64,000 bases of DNA from assembly GCA_028534125.1 (NCBI GenBank), contig CM052817.1:69442001-69506000 (forward strand), written 5' to 3'. Shown here in pieces: positions 35,901-47,930 of this stretch. Every line of letters starts with the position of its first letter. Position 1 is the first letter of the stretch. The stretch is from Lama glama. Taxonomy: Eukaryota. The notes beneath the pieces were generated by a model. The model had not been told where the DNA came from, did not search any database, and was given only the letters and a program-made list of their open reading frames with translations. A program made the translations under genes and the position numbers.

Positions 35901-38900
35901 CTCAGAATACAGACAATAGAATTTAAAGGGCAGCGGAACAAACAAAACATTCTTGAATCAAAGGAATTAACTGTTGCCAAAAAGAGCCAAGAGGCCAAGA
36001 ATTGCATCCTTCTGCTCTAAGGTGCATAGTTTGGTGCGTTTGCTTTCATTTCTGAAGAAGAGCAAGAATATAAAAAACATCAATCATCACTCAAGAATTT
36101 GGAACCATCTAAAACCTTTTCCTTCTCCCCCAAACGCCTGCAGAACTTGGCTCAGAAACCACTCCATCACTGTAAAAATAAATGAGAAGATTGTGCATAA
36201 TACCATAGAAATCCAAGTTAGTGGTGTATTGAGAGGGATCTGCTTTCCTATTCCCAGTTGGTTGAATTCAGGCATGAACTGCAGGGAATGCTTTCAAAAT
36301 AACTCTATTCATTATAGATGCTTTTGGAGGAAGAATCCAAAGTGTTCCAAATCCCAAGGGCTGCTCTGCTACACTGAGTGGCCTTTGGATTGACATACAT
36401 ACTAGTCAACTTACAACAAGCTCTAATCCCACAACAGCTTTGCTGGCCAGAATATTTTTTATTGTAGAAAGGATCAAGAAAATGGCTTGAAATAGGGTGA
36501 TCTTGCATTAGAGCTACAGTAAAGATGAATATTGAAAATCCATGAATTAAGTTTGGCTTCTATATCAGGAGTGCAATTGTGTATGTTTATTGAGATGTTG
36601 AGTGTGGACAGCACAGTAATAAAATGAGCGTATCCTCTAGTTCCAAGTTCAAGCCCAGCACATAATAGGTGCATAAGAAATATATAATTGAGCCAAAACC
36701 AAAAATCTCGGCCAATATTTTGTTTCCATAGAAGAAATCAATCACAAATAAAGTTGCTTGTGAATTATTTCATTTACTATAGAAGATGCATAGTTTGTGT
36801 GCAAAAGAAATTATATATCTAATTTCTGCATCAAGAGATAATAAAAAATGTTTTGCCATAAAGTGAAATTGGAAGTACTATACTATTACCTGATGGTCGT
36901 AAGTACTTTCTTTATCTGAGAAACTCAAAATTCACGCTTTGTGTTTTTAGCTGTAACCTTTTATCTCACTGTATCTGCCAGTTAAAAATTTTGTTCTAAT
37001 TTGACTCCTGTTTCCTGTATCATAATTCTATCTTCCTTCTTCCTCACGCAATATAGTAAACAAATACACGTTCATCCTCGTGGATTCAGAATTACATGTA
37101 GGTGCAATTAGTTACCTTCTATGATTCACTGATACTTCTTCCAAGAAATAGTTCCTATTAAAAATCAAATACCTTTATTGAATTCATCAATCACTTAACA
37201 CAGACTTGAAGGTAACGCATTCTCAAGCTATCCTGTCCCAAGGGAAACTAACAGTCTAAAGTTGTTTCAAGTTTTTCATAATTTGTTCACATTTTTGGCC
37301 TTATAGAGACATCTGGGTCATATGAGATTGGAAGAACTTGGGGAGAATTCCCTACATAACTGTCTAAGAAAGCAAAGGAACTTGTTAACAGAAGAAATAA
37401 TCCAATTAGAATAATTGGCATTTGCGAGGCATGGTAAAGACTCAGTCTGGCTTTCACCCAATCTCTCCTCCTGTCACACAGGCAAGGAATCTGTACTAAT
37501 ATTGAAGAACCACAAATCTCCAGAGAAATAAAATGAATTTGAGTTCATTTCTGAGGGTTACTCTCTTCTACACATACAAGCCAAATTACTCTAGTTCACA
37601 CGTTGAGGGTGAGAAGATAGGATTTAGATGGCAAAAGGAAAAGAGAAGGATTATTTTTTGATTAGGCACTTGTTTTTCATCTCTCAATTTTTCTGGACTT
37701 CATACCTTTCTAATGCTATCAAACCATAATTTCCCCCATTGCATGAGAAGAAATTAGACCATGCAAATAAAGCAGCTCATACTTTAGATGATGTAGCCAC
37801 GAGAGTATTTCAACCAACCCCATATTGTATGAGTGACTCAGACACTGAATAGAAAAAGCTGAATCTGCTTCTTCTCCCTCCCTTAACAGAGAGGCAAACA
37901 CACTGTCAGCACTCAATTAATAAACTATGATACGAAATCCTCGGAGGCAATTTGTGGTCCACTCCTGGACATCCTTGCCTTTGGCATGGCTCACTGTGCA
38001 GTGATAGATCTGGCTGCCATTCCCACTGAAAATGATGGGAAGTATCTGACACTTTATTCAAATAGGGGGTAAAATCCTTTCTATGAGGAACCACCAACTT
38101 ACCAAGCAGATAAGCAGTGAGAAAAACAACTTCTTTTCACTGTTCATCAGAGACAGTAAGATACACAGTTTTTGATAAAACCTTGAGAGATACATTGGGT
38201 ACAGAAGGATTTATGTCCTCTGCATCCAAGTGGGTTTCTCTGAGGGATTATATGTTCCTTCCAAAAATTAGAGACCTCTTAAAGGTCAATACAGCATGGC
38301 ATGATATCCAGTCACTTATTAACACTGAAAGCATGGATTACATTGTATAATTAAACTTTTTAAAATCTCCTAGCCACCAAGTACAAAATATTTTCAAGTG
38401 CCTAGGCAACATGGACAACTTTTCTCTGAAAGCAAAGACATGGGAAATCTTTTGCTATTGTCTTGTTCAATGAGATTTAAGGAGCAGGCTCTGGAATTGA
38501 AATATTCAAACACATTGTCTTTTGGTGTCCACATTTTCAGTTAAGAAGCAACAAAATAATTATTATTACCAGAACACATGGAAAACATAGCACATAAAAC
38601 ATTAATTTAGTAAGATACGAACATTAATTTATCTAAGCAGATACTATTTTAGAGGTTTCTGCTTCTTGTTCTAAGTCCTCCCTTCCCTGAGAACTGTCTC
38701 TACAGCTCTGAGGTTATTTTGGTAGTGCCTCTTGTCCTCTGGTTACAGGCTGGTGGGCCAAGGGTAAGCACCTGCCCTGTTCAGATTTCATCTTTCATGA
38801 ATAAAAACAGAGGTCATAGAATTCCAGTCAGTTTACTGTTGGCAGTGGAGCATAGGGAAAATGATGCTACATGAATAGAGTCATCACTTCTTGTCACAAA

Positions 38901-39179
38901 GTAAGAGGGAAAGTGAGAGCAAGAGGGAGAGAAAGAGAAAGTGGTCAAAAAGAGGACACAAGAAACCACATAACTCCTAAGAGAGAAAGAGTCAAAACAT
39001 GGTCACTTTATTTTCTGATGCCTTTCCCCTTTCTCATTTCTTGCACTTCTATTTCTTGAGATCTCTCTGTTAAGCTCAGAAATATGCCTAATATTTCTAA
39101 CAGCTTTATTATGCCTGAATAGATTTCTCACTTCTCTTTAGGATAGTTTGAATGGATGCCTGGCATAAGCAGAATCTGT

Positions 39180-39925
39180 CAAACATTTTCTTAATTTACT
39201 AAATAGTTGTGATGAAGGGCCTTCTGCAAGGCATTGTGGGACAGCTGGTGAATGAGTAAAATTTCTACCGTCAAAGCAAATAATTTTTGAAGTAAAGTGC
39301 AATATATTCAGTTATAAGTTCCATAATAAAAGGCACACAAGGTGCTTCAGTCATAGGTGATAAACGTATGAGTGCTGGAGTGAGGAACACTGACACTTGA
39401 ATCCTGCCACTTACCAGCTGTGGGTCTGTTAACTAAAAAGGGGTATAATGATAGTACCTACCTCTTAGTATGTGAATAGTAAATCTTTGCTGCTGTAACT
39501 CCAGAACAGCCAGAAGAGACAGTAATTATGGTATGGAAAAAGCTCAGGATTAGTGTTCATGGAGGGTGACATAGGAGTTGAGTACTGAAAGGTACATATA
39601 ATTTCAGAAGAAAAGATGTTCTAGGCAGAGGAAACAGAAGAAGCAAAGATACAGAGACGTGAAAATGCACAGGCTAGTCACATTGCTTACAACAGAGAGT
39701 TGAAGAAGACATGGAGAGTGAAAGGAAACAAGTGGTAAAAGCCTTCTAGTGCCAAGAGACGGGAATTGAACATTATTCTAAAGGAAACAGAAGACTGTCA
39801 AAGGCTTTTTTTTTTTAATTAGAAACAATCATGTCTGTGTTACAGAAAAATAAAAATATTAAAATATAATAATATGAGGACAGAATGAAGACAATGAGAT
39901 CAGTTAAAAGGCTATTGCTGTGGCC
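39180..39925 (-). mobile_element. L2 fragments with an embedded plus-strand MIR (about 39380-39480)
   Basis: GTTCTAGGCAGAGGAAACAG...CAAAGATACAGAG. MIR: TTGAATCCTGCCACTTACCAGCTGTG...ATAATGATAGTACCTACCTC. Confidence 0.65.
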
Positions 39926-40657
39926 CTGGAATTTCCCCCTACCTACGTGATAGTTCTTACATCAAGAGGAATAGAAAGTTGATTCCTGCATTTGAGGACC
40001 AGATGTTTAAAATACCTAGGCTTACCCAAAGGCCATTTTATTCATGAATTTCTACATCTAAAACATATGTTCCACTCTTTAACACCCAGTTCAAGATACC
40101 CAGGGGGAGGAAACCATCTAAAAATGGGCTTCCTTTATCCAGGCCCTAATAATAGATAACAGATCTGCCTTAATGTGCCATATCCAGGATTTACCAGAAG
40201 TTCCTTAAACCACACCTGGCATATCAAAGACGAGTAACTAGGAGGATGTTTTATTTATTTATTATTTATACTGTGTTTTCACCCAAAATGGTTTTTGAGG
40301 CAATGTACCCTGAAGTTTAAATGAGTACATCCCACAATTCTCCTGAGAATCCAAGAACCAACATAAAGAAAAGCACTTCTCAGTGTCAGGCCCCTCCTGA
40401 GTTCCTAACCTCAGAATGTCACCCTTTGGGAAATTCATACAGACTTACATTTTTGTTCTTTATAATGAGCAATGGCAAAAGAATAAAAGAAAGGATTAGA
40501 CTGAAGGAGATGGAAGCTCAGCTAAGCAAAAGGTGAATGAGACTAAGATGGAGCCCAGTGTCCAAGAAAATCAGGGAAGGAGGGAAAGAGAATTGAGTGA
40601 GTGATTATAAAGGAAGAGTTTTGCAAAAGGGAACCAGCTAAAACCAGTCAGAAAAAG

Positions 40658-41095
40658 GTCTGTGGTATATCTATTCAATGGAATACCACTCAGCAATAGA
40701 AAGAATAAACTACTGATACATGTAACAATATAAATGAATCTCAAAATAGTTATGCTGAGTGAAAGAAACCAGAAAAAGCAGAGTGCTTACTTTGTGATTC
40801 CACTTATATAAAATTCTAGAATATCAAACTAATTTACAGTAATGGAAAGCAGATTAGTTATCTCCTGAGAATGGAAACTAATCTACAGTGATAGAAATCA
40901 GAATAATACCTACCTTCAGCAAAAGGAAGGGAATTACTGGGAAAGGGAATGAGGAAAATTTCTGAGATAATGGAAATGCTGTGTATCTTCATAGGATCTG
41001 GGTTATATGCATTCATTAAAAAGTCACAGAACAGTGAAAATATGAGCAATTCATATGTGTAATTTATACTTCAATATGTAAAACTTAAATGTAAT
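40658..41095 (+). mobile_element. L1MC/MD-type 3' end
   Basis: TGTGGTATATCTATTCAATGGAATACCACTCAGCAATAGAAAG...ATGAATCTCAAAATAGTTATGCTGAGTGAAAGAAACCAG. Confidence 0.88.
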
Positions 41096-42172
41096 TTTAA
41101 AGGACTTGGAATGAATAATATGCCATAAAATTAGATAATAAATGAAACAGACAAATTCCTAGGAAGACACAAAACTACCAAACCTGACTCAAGAAGAAAC
41201 AGAAAATTTGAGTAGATCTATAATAAATTAAAAAATCAAAACAGTAATTTTAAAACTTCATACAATAAAAGCCTAGGCCCAGATGGCTTTACTTTGAATT
41301 TCACCAAGAATTTAAAGAATTAATACAAATTCTTTACAAGTTATTCCAAAATAAACAAGAAGGAATATTTCCTAACTCATTCTATGAAACCAATATTAAC
41401 TTGATAACAAAACAAAGCAAAGACATCACAAGAAAAGAAAGTTACAGGCAAATATCTTCTTATAAAAATAGGTGCAAAAATTCTTAGCAATATACTAACA
41501 AACTAAATTTAGCAACATACAAAAAGGATTATACAGCTTGATCAAGTGGGATTTATCCTAGGAATGCAAGGTTGTTCTCTGAAAATCAATTTAATGTAAT
41601 ATACCATATGAATAGAATAAAGGACAAAAATCACAATACCATCTAAATAGATAAATAAAAACAATTTGACAAATGTTTTCATGATAAAAACATTCAACAA
41701 GCTAGGATAGAAGAGAACTTCTTTAGCCTGGTAAGACATTATGAAAAACCCAGAGCTAATATCACAGTTAATGGTGAGCACTAATCCTTTCCCCTCTAAG
41801 ATAAGGAAGAAGATACGGATGTTCACTCTTACCATTTCTCTCCAACAATGGAATGGAGGGCCTAGCCAAGTTAGTTGAGCAAGGAAAAGAAGTAAAAGGC
41901 ATCCAGATTGGAAAGAAAGAAGTAAAACTATTTTAATTTGCAGATAATATGATCTTATATATTAAAAAAAATCCTATGAAACAACAGGAAAACTACTATA
42001 AGTAACAAACAAACTCAGCAAAGTTGCAGGATATAAAATCAATATACAAACATCAATTGTATTTGTATATACTAGCAATGAACAATCCCAGAAAGAAATT
42101 AAGAGAACAATTTTATCAGTGCCTCAAAAAGATAAAGCACTTAGAAATAATTTTAACAAAGAAATGCAAGTC

Positions 42173-43826
42173 ATCTACGGATTTAATGTGATTTTTATCA
42201 AATTACCCTAGACATTTTTTACAGAATTAGAACAAATAATCCTAAAATTTATATGGAATCACAGAATACCCGGAATTGTCAAAGCAATACTGAAGAAAAA
42301 GAATGAAGCTGGAGGAATAACCCTCTCAGACTTCAGACAATACTATAGAGCTACAGTCATCAAAACATTATGGTATTGGCACAAAAATAGACATATGAGT
42401 CAATAGAACAAAATAGAAAGTGAAACCATACACCTATGGTCAATTAATCTTCAACAAAGGAGGCAAGAATATACAACAGAGAAAAGACAGTCTCTTCAGC
42501 AAGTGGTGTTGCAAAAGCTGGACAGCCACATATGAATCAATGAAGTTAGAACACTCCCTCACATCATTTACAAAAATAAATTCAAAATGGCTTAAAGAAT
42601 TAAACATAAGACAAGATACCATAAATATCCCAGAAAAGAACATAGGTAAGACATCTCTGACATAAATCATAGCAATGTTTTCCAAGGTCAGTCTACCAAA
42701 GTAATAGAAATAAAAGCAAAAATAAACAAATGGGACTTTTAAACTTAGAAGCTTTTGCACAGCAAAGGAAACCATAAACAAAATGAAAAGACAACCTACA
42801 GAATGGGAGAAAATATTTCCAAACAATGCAACTGACAAGAGCTTAGCTTCCAGAATATACAAACAGCTCATATAACTCAATAACAAAAACAAACACCACA
42901 ATCCAAAAGTGGGCAGAAGACCTAACCAGACATGTCTCTAATGAAGACATATAGATAGCCAATAGCACATGAAAAGATGCTCAACATTGCTAATTATTAG
43001 AGAAATGCAAATCAAAACTACAATGAGGTATCACCTCACACCAGTCAGAATGACCATTATTAAAATGTCCACAAACAATAAATGTGAGAGAGGGTGTGGA
43101 GAAAAGGGAACCCTTCTACACTGTTGGCGGAATGTAATTTGGTACAGCCAATATGGAAAACCATATGGAGATTCCTTAAAAAACTGAAAATAGAGTTACT
43201 ATATGATCCAGCAATCCCACTCCTGAGCATATATCCAGAGGAAACTCCAATTCAAAAAGATACATGCACCCCAATGTTCATAGAAGCACTATTTACAATA
43301 ACCAAAACATGGAAGCAACCTAAATGTCCATCCATAGATGATTGGATAAAGAAGTTGTACATATTTACAATGGAATACTACTTGGCCATTAAAAAGAGTG
43401 AAATAATGCCACTTGCAGCAACATGGATGGACATAGAGATTATCATACTAAGTGAAATGTCAGACAGAAAAAGACAAGTATTACATGATTATCACTTATA
43501 TGTGGAATCTAAAAAATGAGACAAATGAACTTATTTACAAAACAGAAACAGACTCACAGACAGAAAACAAACTTATGGTAACAAAGGGGAAAGAGGGGTG
43601 AGGGATAAATTAGGAGTTTGGTATTAGCAGATACAAACTCCTATACATAAAATAGATAAACAACAAGGCATATAGTATATCACAGGGAACTATATTCAAT
43701 ATCTCGTAATAATCTATAATGAAAAAGAATATGTATATGTATGACTGAATCACTGTGCTGTATACCAGAAAGTAACACAGCACTGTAAATCAACTATACT
43801 TCAATAAAAAAGAAAAAGAAAAAAAG
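42173..43826 (+). mobile_element. Younger cetartiodactyl-type L1, 5'-truncated (ORF2 C-terminus, 3' UTR and poly-A)
   Basis: ORFs 42420-42665, 42969-43187 and 43094-43519 are L1 ORF2 C-terminal peptides. 3' UTR ...CACAGGGAACTATATTCAATATCTC...TCAACTATACTTCAATAAAAA. Degenerate TSD AAAGAAATGCAAGTC / AAAGAAGTCAAATC. Confidence 0.95.
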
Positions 43827-44146
43827 AAGTCAAATCTACTCCATTGAAAAGTATACACATTATTGAAAGAAATTAAAGGAAATCTAAATAAATGAAGAGA
43901 CATCCCATGCTGATGGATCAGAAGACTTTACTGTTAAGATATTTAGATTCAACACAATTCAACACAAATCAATAAGATCTATAGATTTGATACAATCTGT
44001 ATCAAAATCACAATGGCAGCTAAGCATTTTTCAGAAATTAGTGAGGCGATCCTAAAATTTACATGGAAATGGAAGGGACTCAGCTTAGTCATAACAATCT
44101 TGAGAAAAAACAAAGTTAAAAGACTCACTTCAAATTTCAAAACTTA

Positions 44147-44618
44147 ATTTCTGAATTAGTATTTTCATTTCCTTCAGGTATATACCCAGGAATGGAATTA
44201 CTGGATCATATAGTAGTTCTATTTTTAACTTTTTGAGGAACTTCCATGCTATTTTCCATAGTGGCTGTACCAATTTACATTCCCACCCAAGGATGTAATG
44301 TACAGGGAATATAGCCAACATTTTTTTAAATTGAAGTATAGTCAGTTACAATGTGCCAATTTCTAGTGTACAGCATAATGTTTCAGTCACACATATACAT
44401 ACATATATTCTTTTTCATTATAGGTTACTACAAGATACTGAATGTAGTTCCCTGTGCTATACAGAAGAAATTTGTCTTTTATCTATCTTATATATAGTAG
44501 TTCACATTTTAGAACAATTTTATGCGGAGTATAATCTAGAAAAATATTGAATCACTACGCTTTACACCTGAAACTAATATAATACTGTAAGTCAACTATA
44601 CTTCCAAAAAAAAAAAAA
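44147..44618 (+). mobile_element. 5'-inverted (twin-primed) L1: inverted part 44147-44297, sense 3' end 44298-44618
   Basis: Minus-strand ORF2 peptide ([11 protein letters not shown]...[11 protein letters not shown]) joined to a sense L1 3' end and poly-A. Flanks AAAACTTA / AAAATCTTA. Confidence 0.8.
44325..44503 (-). mobile_element. Short L1 3' end nested in the twin-primed L1
   Basis: TTTAAATTGAAGTATAGTCAGTTACAATG...TAGTTCCCTGTGCTATACAG. TSD ACATTTT at 44318-44324 and 44504-44510. Confidence 0.85.
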
Positions 44619-44699
44619 TCTTACTACAAAGCTACAGTAATCAAGATAGTGTGGACCTGACATATGCATATGTGGCAGACAGAAAAACAGCCTCTCCAG

Positions 44700-45427
44700 G
44701 CTGTGGAGAAAGGGGAACCCTCCTACACTGCTGGTGGGAATGCAGTTTGGTGCAGCCACTATGGAAAACAGTGTGGNNNNNNNNNNNNNNNNNNNNNNNN
44801 NNNNNNNNNNNNNNNNNNNNNNNNNNNNNNNNNNNNNNNNNNNNNNNNNNNNNNNNNNNNNNNNNNNNNNNNNNNNNNNNNNNNNNNNNNNNNNNNNNNN
44901 NNNNNNNNNNNNNNNNNNNNNNNNNNNNNNNNNNNNNNNNNNNNNNNNNNNNNNNNNNNNNNNNNNNNNNNNNNNNNNNNNNNNNNNNNNNNNNNNNNNN
45001 NNNNNNNNNNNNNNNNNNNNNNNNNNNNNNNNNNNNNNNNNNNNNNNNNNNNNNNNNNNNNNNNNNNNNNNNNNNNNNNNNNNNNNNNNNNNNNNNNNNN
45101 NNNNNNNNNNNNNNNNNNNNNNNNNNNNNNNNNNNNNNNNNNNNNNNNNNNNNNNNNNNNNNNNNNNNNNNNNNNNNNNNNNNNNNNNNNNNNNNNNNNN
45201 NNNNNNNNNNNNNNNNNNNNNNNNNNNNNNNNNNNNNNNNNNNNNNNNNNNNNNNNNNNNNNNNNNNNNNNNNNNNTTATGATAAATCACAGAGAAAAAA
45301 ATGTGACAATGAGTGTGTATATGTCCATGTATGACTGAAAAATTGTACTGAACACTGGAATTTGACACAACACTGTAAAATGATTATGAATCAATAAAAA
45401 TGTAAAAAAGAAAAAAAAAGAAAAAAA
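44700..45427 (+). mobile_element. Young 5'-truncated L1 (camelid-like 3' end) spanning the assembly gap
   Basis: Perfect 19-bp TSD AGAAAAACAGCCTCTCCAG at 44681-44699 and 45428-45446. ORF2 peptide [32 protein letters not shown] and A-rich tail. Confidence 0.92.
44777..45276. other. Assembly gap (500 N)
   Basis: Run of N. Confidence 1.
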
Positions 45428-47900
45428 AGAAAAACAGCCTCTCCAGAGATGTCCATGCCCTAAATTCCTTAACCTGGGAATACATTACCTAACATGGCAA
45501 AAGACAATTTGCATATGTGATTAAATTAAGAATCTTGTGATGGGGAGAGCATCCTGGATTATACAAATGGGCCCACTGTAGTCACAAGGATCCCTACACA
45601 TGAAAGAGGACAGCAGAAGAGTAAGAGTCGGAGGAGGTATGGTGATGGAAGTGGAGGTCTGAGCAATGTGATTACTGACTTGGAAGGTGGAAGAAGGCAG
45701 CAAGCGAAGGTGAAGGAATACATGCAGTCCCTAGAAGCTGGAAAAAGCAAGACTCTCTCCTAGAGCCTCCAGAAAGAACACAGCCCTGGAAACAGGTCGG
45801 TTTTAGCCCAGTGAGGCCATTTCAAATTTCTGTCCTCCAGAACTGCAGAGCTGTAAGATTATAAATTGTGCTTTAAGTCATTAAGTTTGTGCTAAGTTTG
45901 TGGTTACAGCAAAAATAGGAAACTAATAAAATAAACAGATAAATGGAATAAATTGAGAGTCCAGAAATAAACCTTATCAATTTATTTTCAACAAGGTGCC
46001 AAGACAATTCAGTGAGGAAAGAATAGTATTTTCAAAAAATGGTTTTTGGGTATCTGTATATCCAAATACATAAGAATGAACTGAGATGCCTACCTCACTC
46101 AGACACACAGATTGACTCACAATATATCATAACATAAATGTAAGAGCTAAAACTATAAAGCTCTTAGAAGAAAACAAAGGAATGAATTTTTGTGACCTTG
46201 AATTAATCAATAGTTTCTTAGATATGACATCAAAAGCACAAGAAACAAAAAAATCAGATTTAAAAAAATTTAAACCTTTTTTTATTCAGAGAATACAATC
46301 TAGAAAATAAAAAGACCACTCACAGATGACACAAAATACTTACAAGTCATAAATCTGATTAAGGATTTGTCACCAGAATATGTAGAGAATTTCTACAGTT
46401 CAAAAATAAAAAATAAATAACCATAATGCTAAAATGGGCAAAAGGCCTAACTAGACAGTTTTTTCAAGATATATAAATAGCAAAAAACCCCACATGAACT
46501 GGTGCCCAACACCATTAATCATTTAGGAAATGAAAATAAGAATCACAATGGGACACCACTTTACATACTCATTTAGGATGACTATAATCAAAAAGATAGA
46601 CAATAACAGCTGTTGGCATGGATGTAAAGAAATTGGGATACTCATACACTATTGGTGGGATTGTGAAATGATGTAACCACTTCAGAAACCAGTTTGAGTG
46701 ATCCTCAGAACATTAGACATAGAGTCTCCATATTATCCAGAAATTTCATTATTTCCTTATTCAGCAATCCATTTCCTTACTCAACAATAAAAAGAAACAA
46801 TGTCCTGAGACATGCCACAGTGATGAAAGATAAACCTTGAAAACATGCTAACTGAAAGTAAGCCACTCACAAAAGACTACGTATTATATGATTCCATTTG
46901 GCAAATCTCGAAGGACCTGAGAAAGGAAGCTTATGAAAGCTATAGGTAAAAATTATGGACAGTGCTAAGTTCACAAAATTGAGCAAGACCAAATTGCACG
47001 GATGTATGGTTTAAACTACTAGCCTTCAACCATTCACGTAGAGGTCTCAAGAACAGGGATTTGGGTTCTGATTTTGGATTGAGTTACTAATTAGTATGGT
47101 GGAAGGATAGGGACACATGGGAATTAGGTACTTAGAGGGAAAATAGGTCATATGCTATTCCCTCCAAGGAGTGAGACTGAGTAAGAAAAGTGAAGTGCCC
47201 TGGAGAAGGTTGGATGATGGGAAAGAATGGGAGAAATTAAAGACTAGCGTGTCCTATGAGCAGCTATAGTGGTAGCAAGTGTAAGGAAGCTTAACAGGTA
47301 AGAGATCTTTGGTCACGGTGAGATAAATGAAATTATAATTTTCAAATATCTGTCTATTGAAAAAAATTTATGTTGTAGTTATAGGAATGAGTGGCTCCAA
47401 AATATCAGATAAAATTAACTGGAGAAAAGGAAGACCAGAATTTTAAAACCTGATTGTTTTTTTACAAGTGAACTGAAACATTCAACTCTGGCAGGAGATG
47501 AGTAGAGAGGACGATCATGAATGTTGTCTCAAAAGTTGCCAAAGACTTCAGTGAGTGAAGGGAAATGATTAGGAAATCAGTAAATAACATCAGAGAATGG
47601 TACAGACTGCTGGTATGAGACTTAAAAGGAAATGTGCTTTTATCAAAAGACTGGAAGGGAGATGCTCTGACAGCTGCAGTGAGGAGGCCGGTGGTTTACA
47701 GAAGGGTAGTGAGAGCTCTATTTGAGGCATGGGAACTCTCATAGTGTTTTGAACCTGCACAGAGCCTTATTATGAAGAGAAACATCCCACAGTTTTTAAA
47801 AAATGTTTACTTGAAGAGTTTGTAGAATTTTGATAGGGAAAAAATTGTTAGTGAGTATAACCCGAAAAAATCAGACTTGGAAATGAGAAGCAGTCTTTCG

Positions 47901-47930
47901 TTTTTGTTTTGTTTTGTTTTGTTTTGTTTA
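47901..47930. repeat. (TTTTG)n short tandem repeat
   Basis: Seen directly. Confidence 0.9.

Larger units (their letters stand above)
44671..45930 (+). mobile_element. MLT1D solo LTR, split by a young L1
   Basis: TGTGGCAGACAGAA start. GATGTCCATGCCCTAA...CTAGAAGCTGGAAAAAGCAAG...CTAGAGCCTCCAGAA...GTTACAGCAAAAATAGGAAACTAA. Confidence 0.9.
41110..46900 (+). mobile_element. Old L1M ORF2 host element in pieces: 41110-42172, about 43830-44146, 44619-44670, about 45930-46900
   Basis: Collinear L1 ORF2 sequence resumes after each insertion, e.g. CAAATTTCAAAACTTA|...|CTTACTACAAAGCTACAGTAATCAAG. Confidence 0.88.

Noticed and set aside
35722..36674. Cluster of overlapping ORFs with hydrophobic stretches, suggesting a membrane-protein pseudogene
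   Set aside because: Manual translation of the frames gave no recognisable GPCR or other family motif, and stops are frequent. Hydrophobicity is expected from T-rich codons. A BLASTX search would settle it.
42420..43519. L1 ORF2 peptides as functional CDS
   Set aside because: The element is 5'-truncated, frameshifted and stop-interrupted, so it is not an intact gene.
44592..45368. The longest ORFs in the track (182-258 aa)
   Set aside because: Artefacts of translating through the 500-N gap. The real residues are L1-derived.
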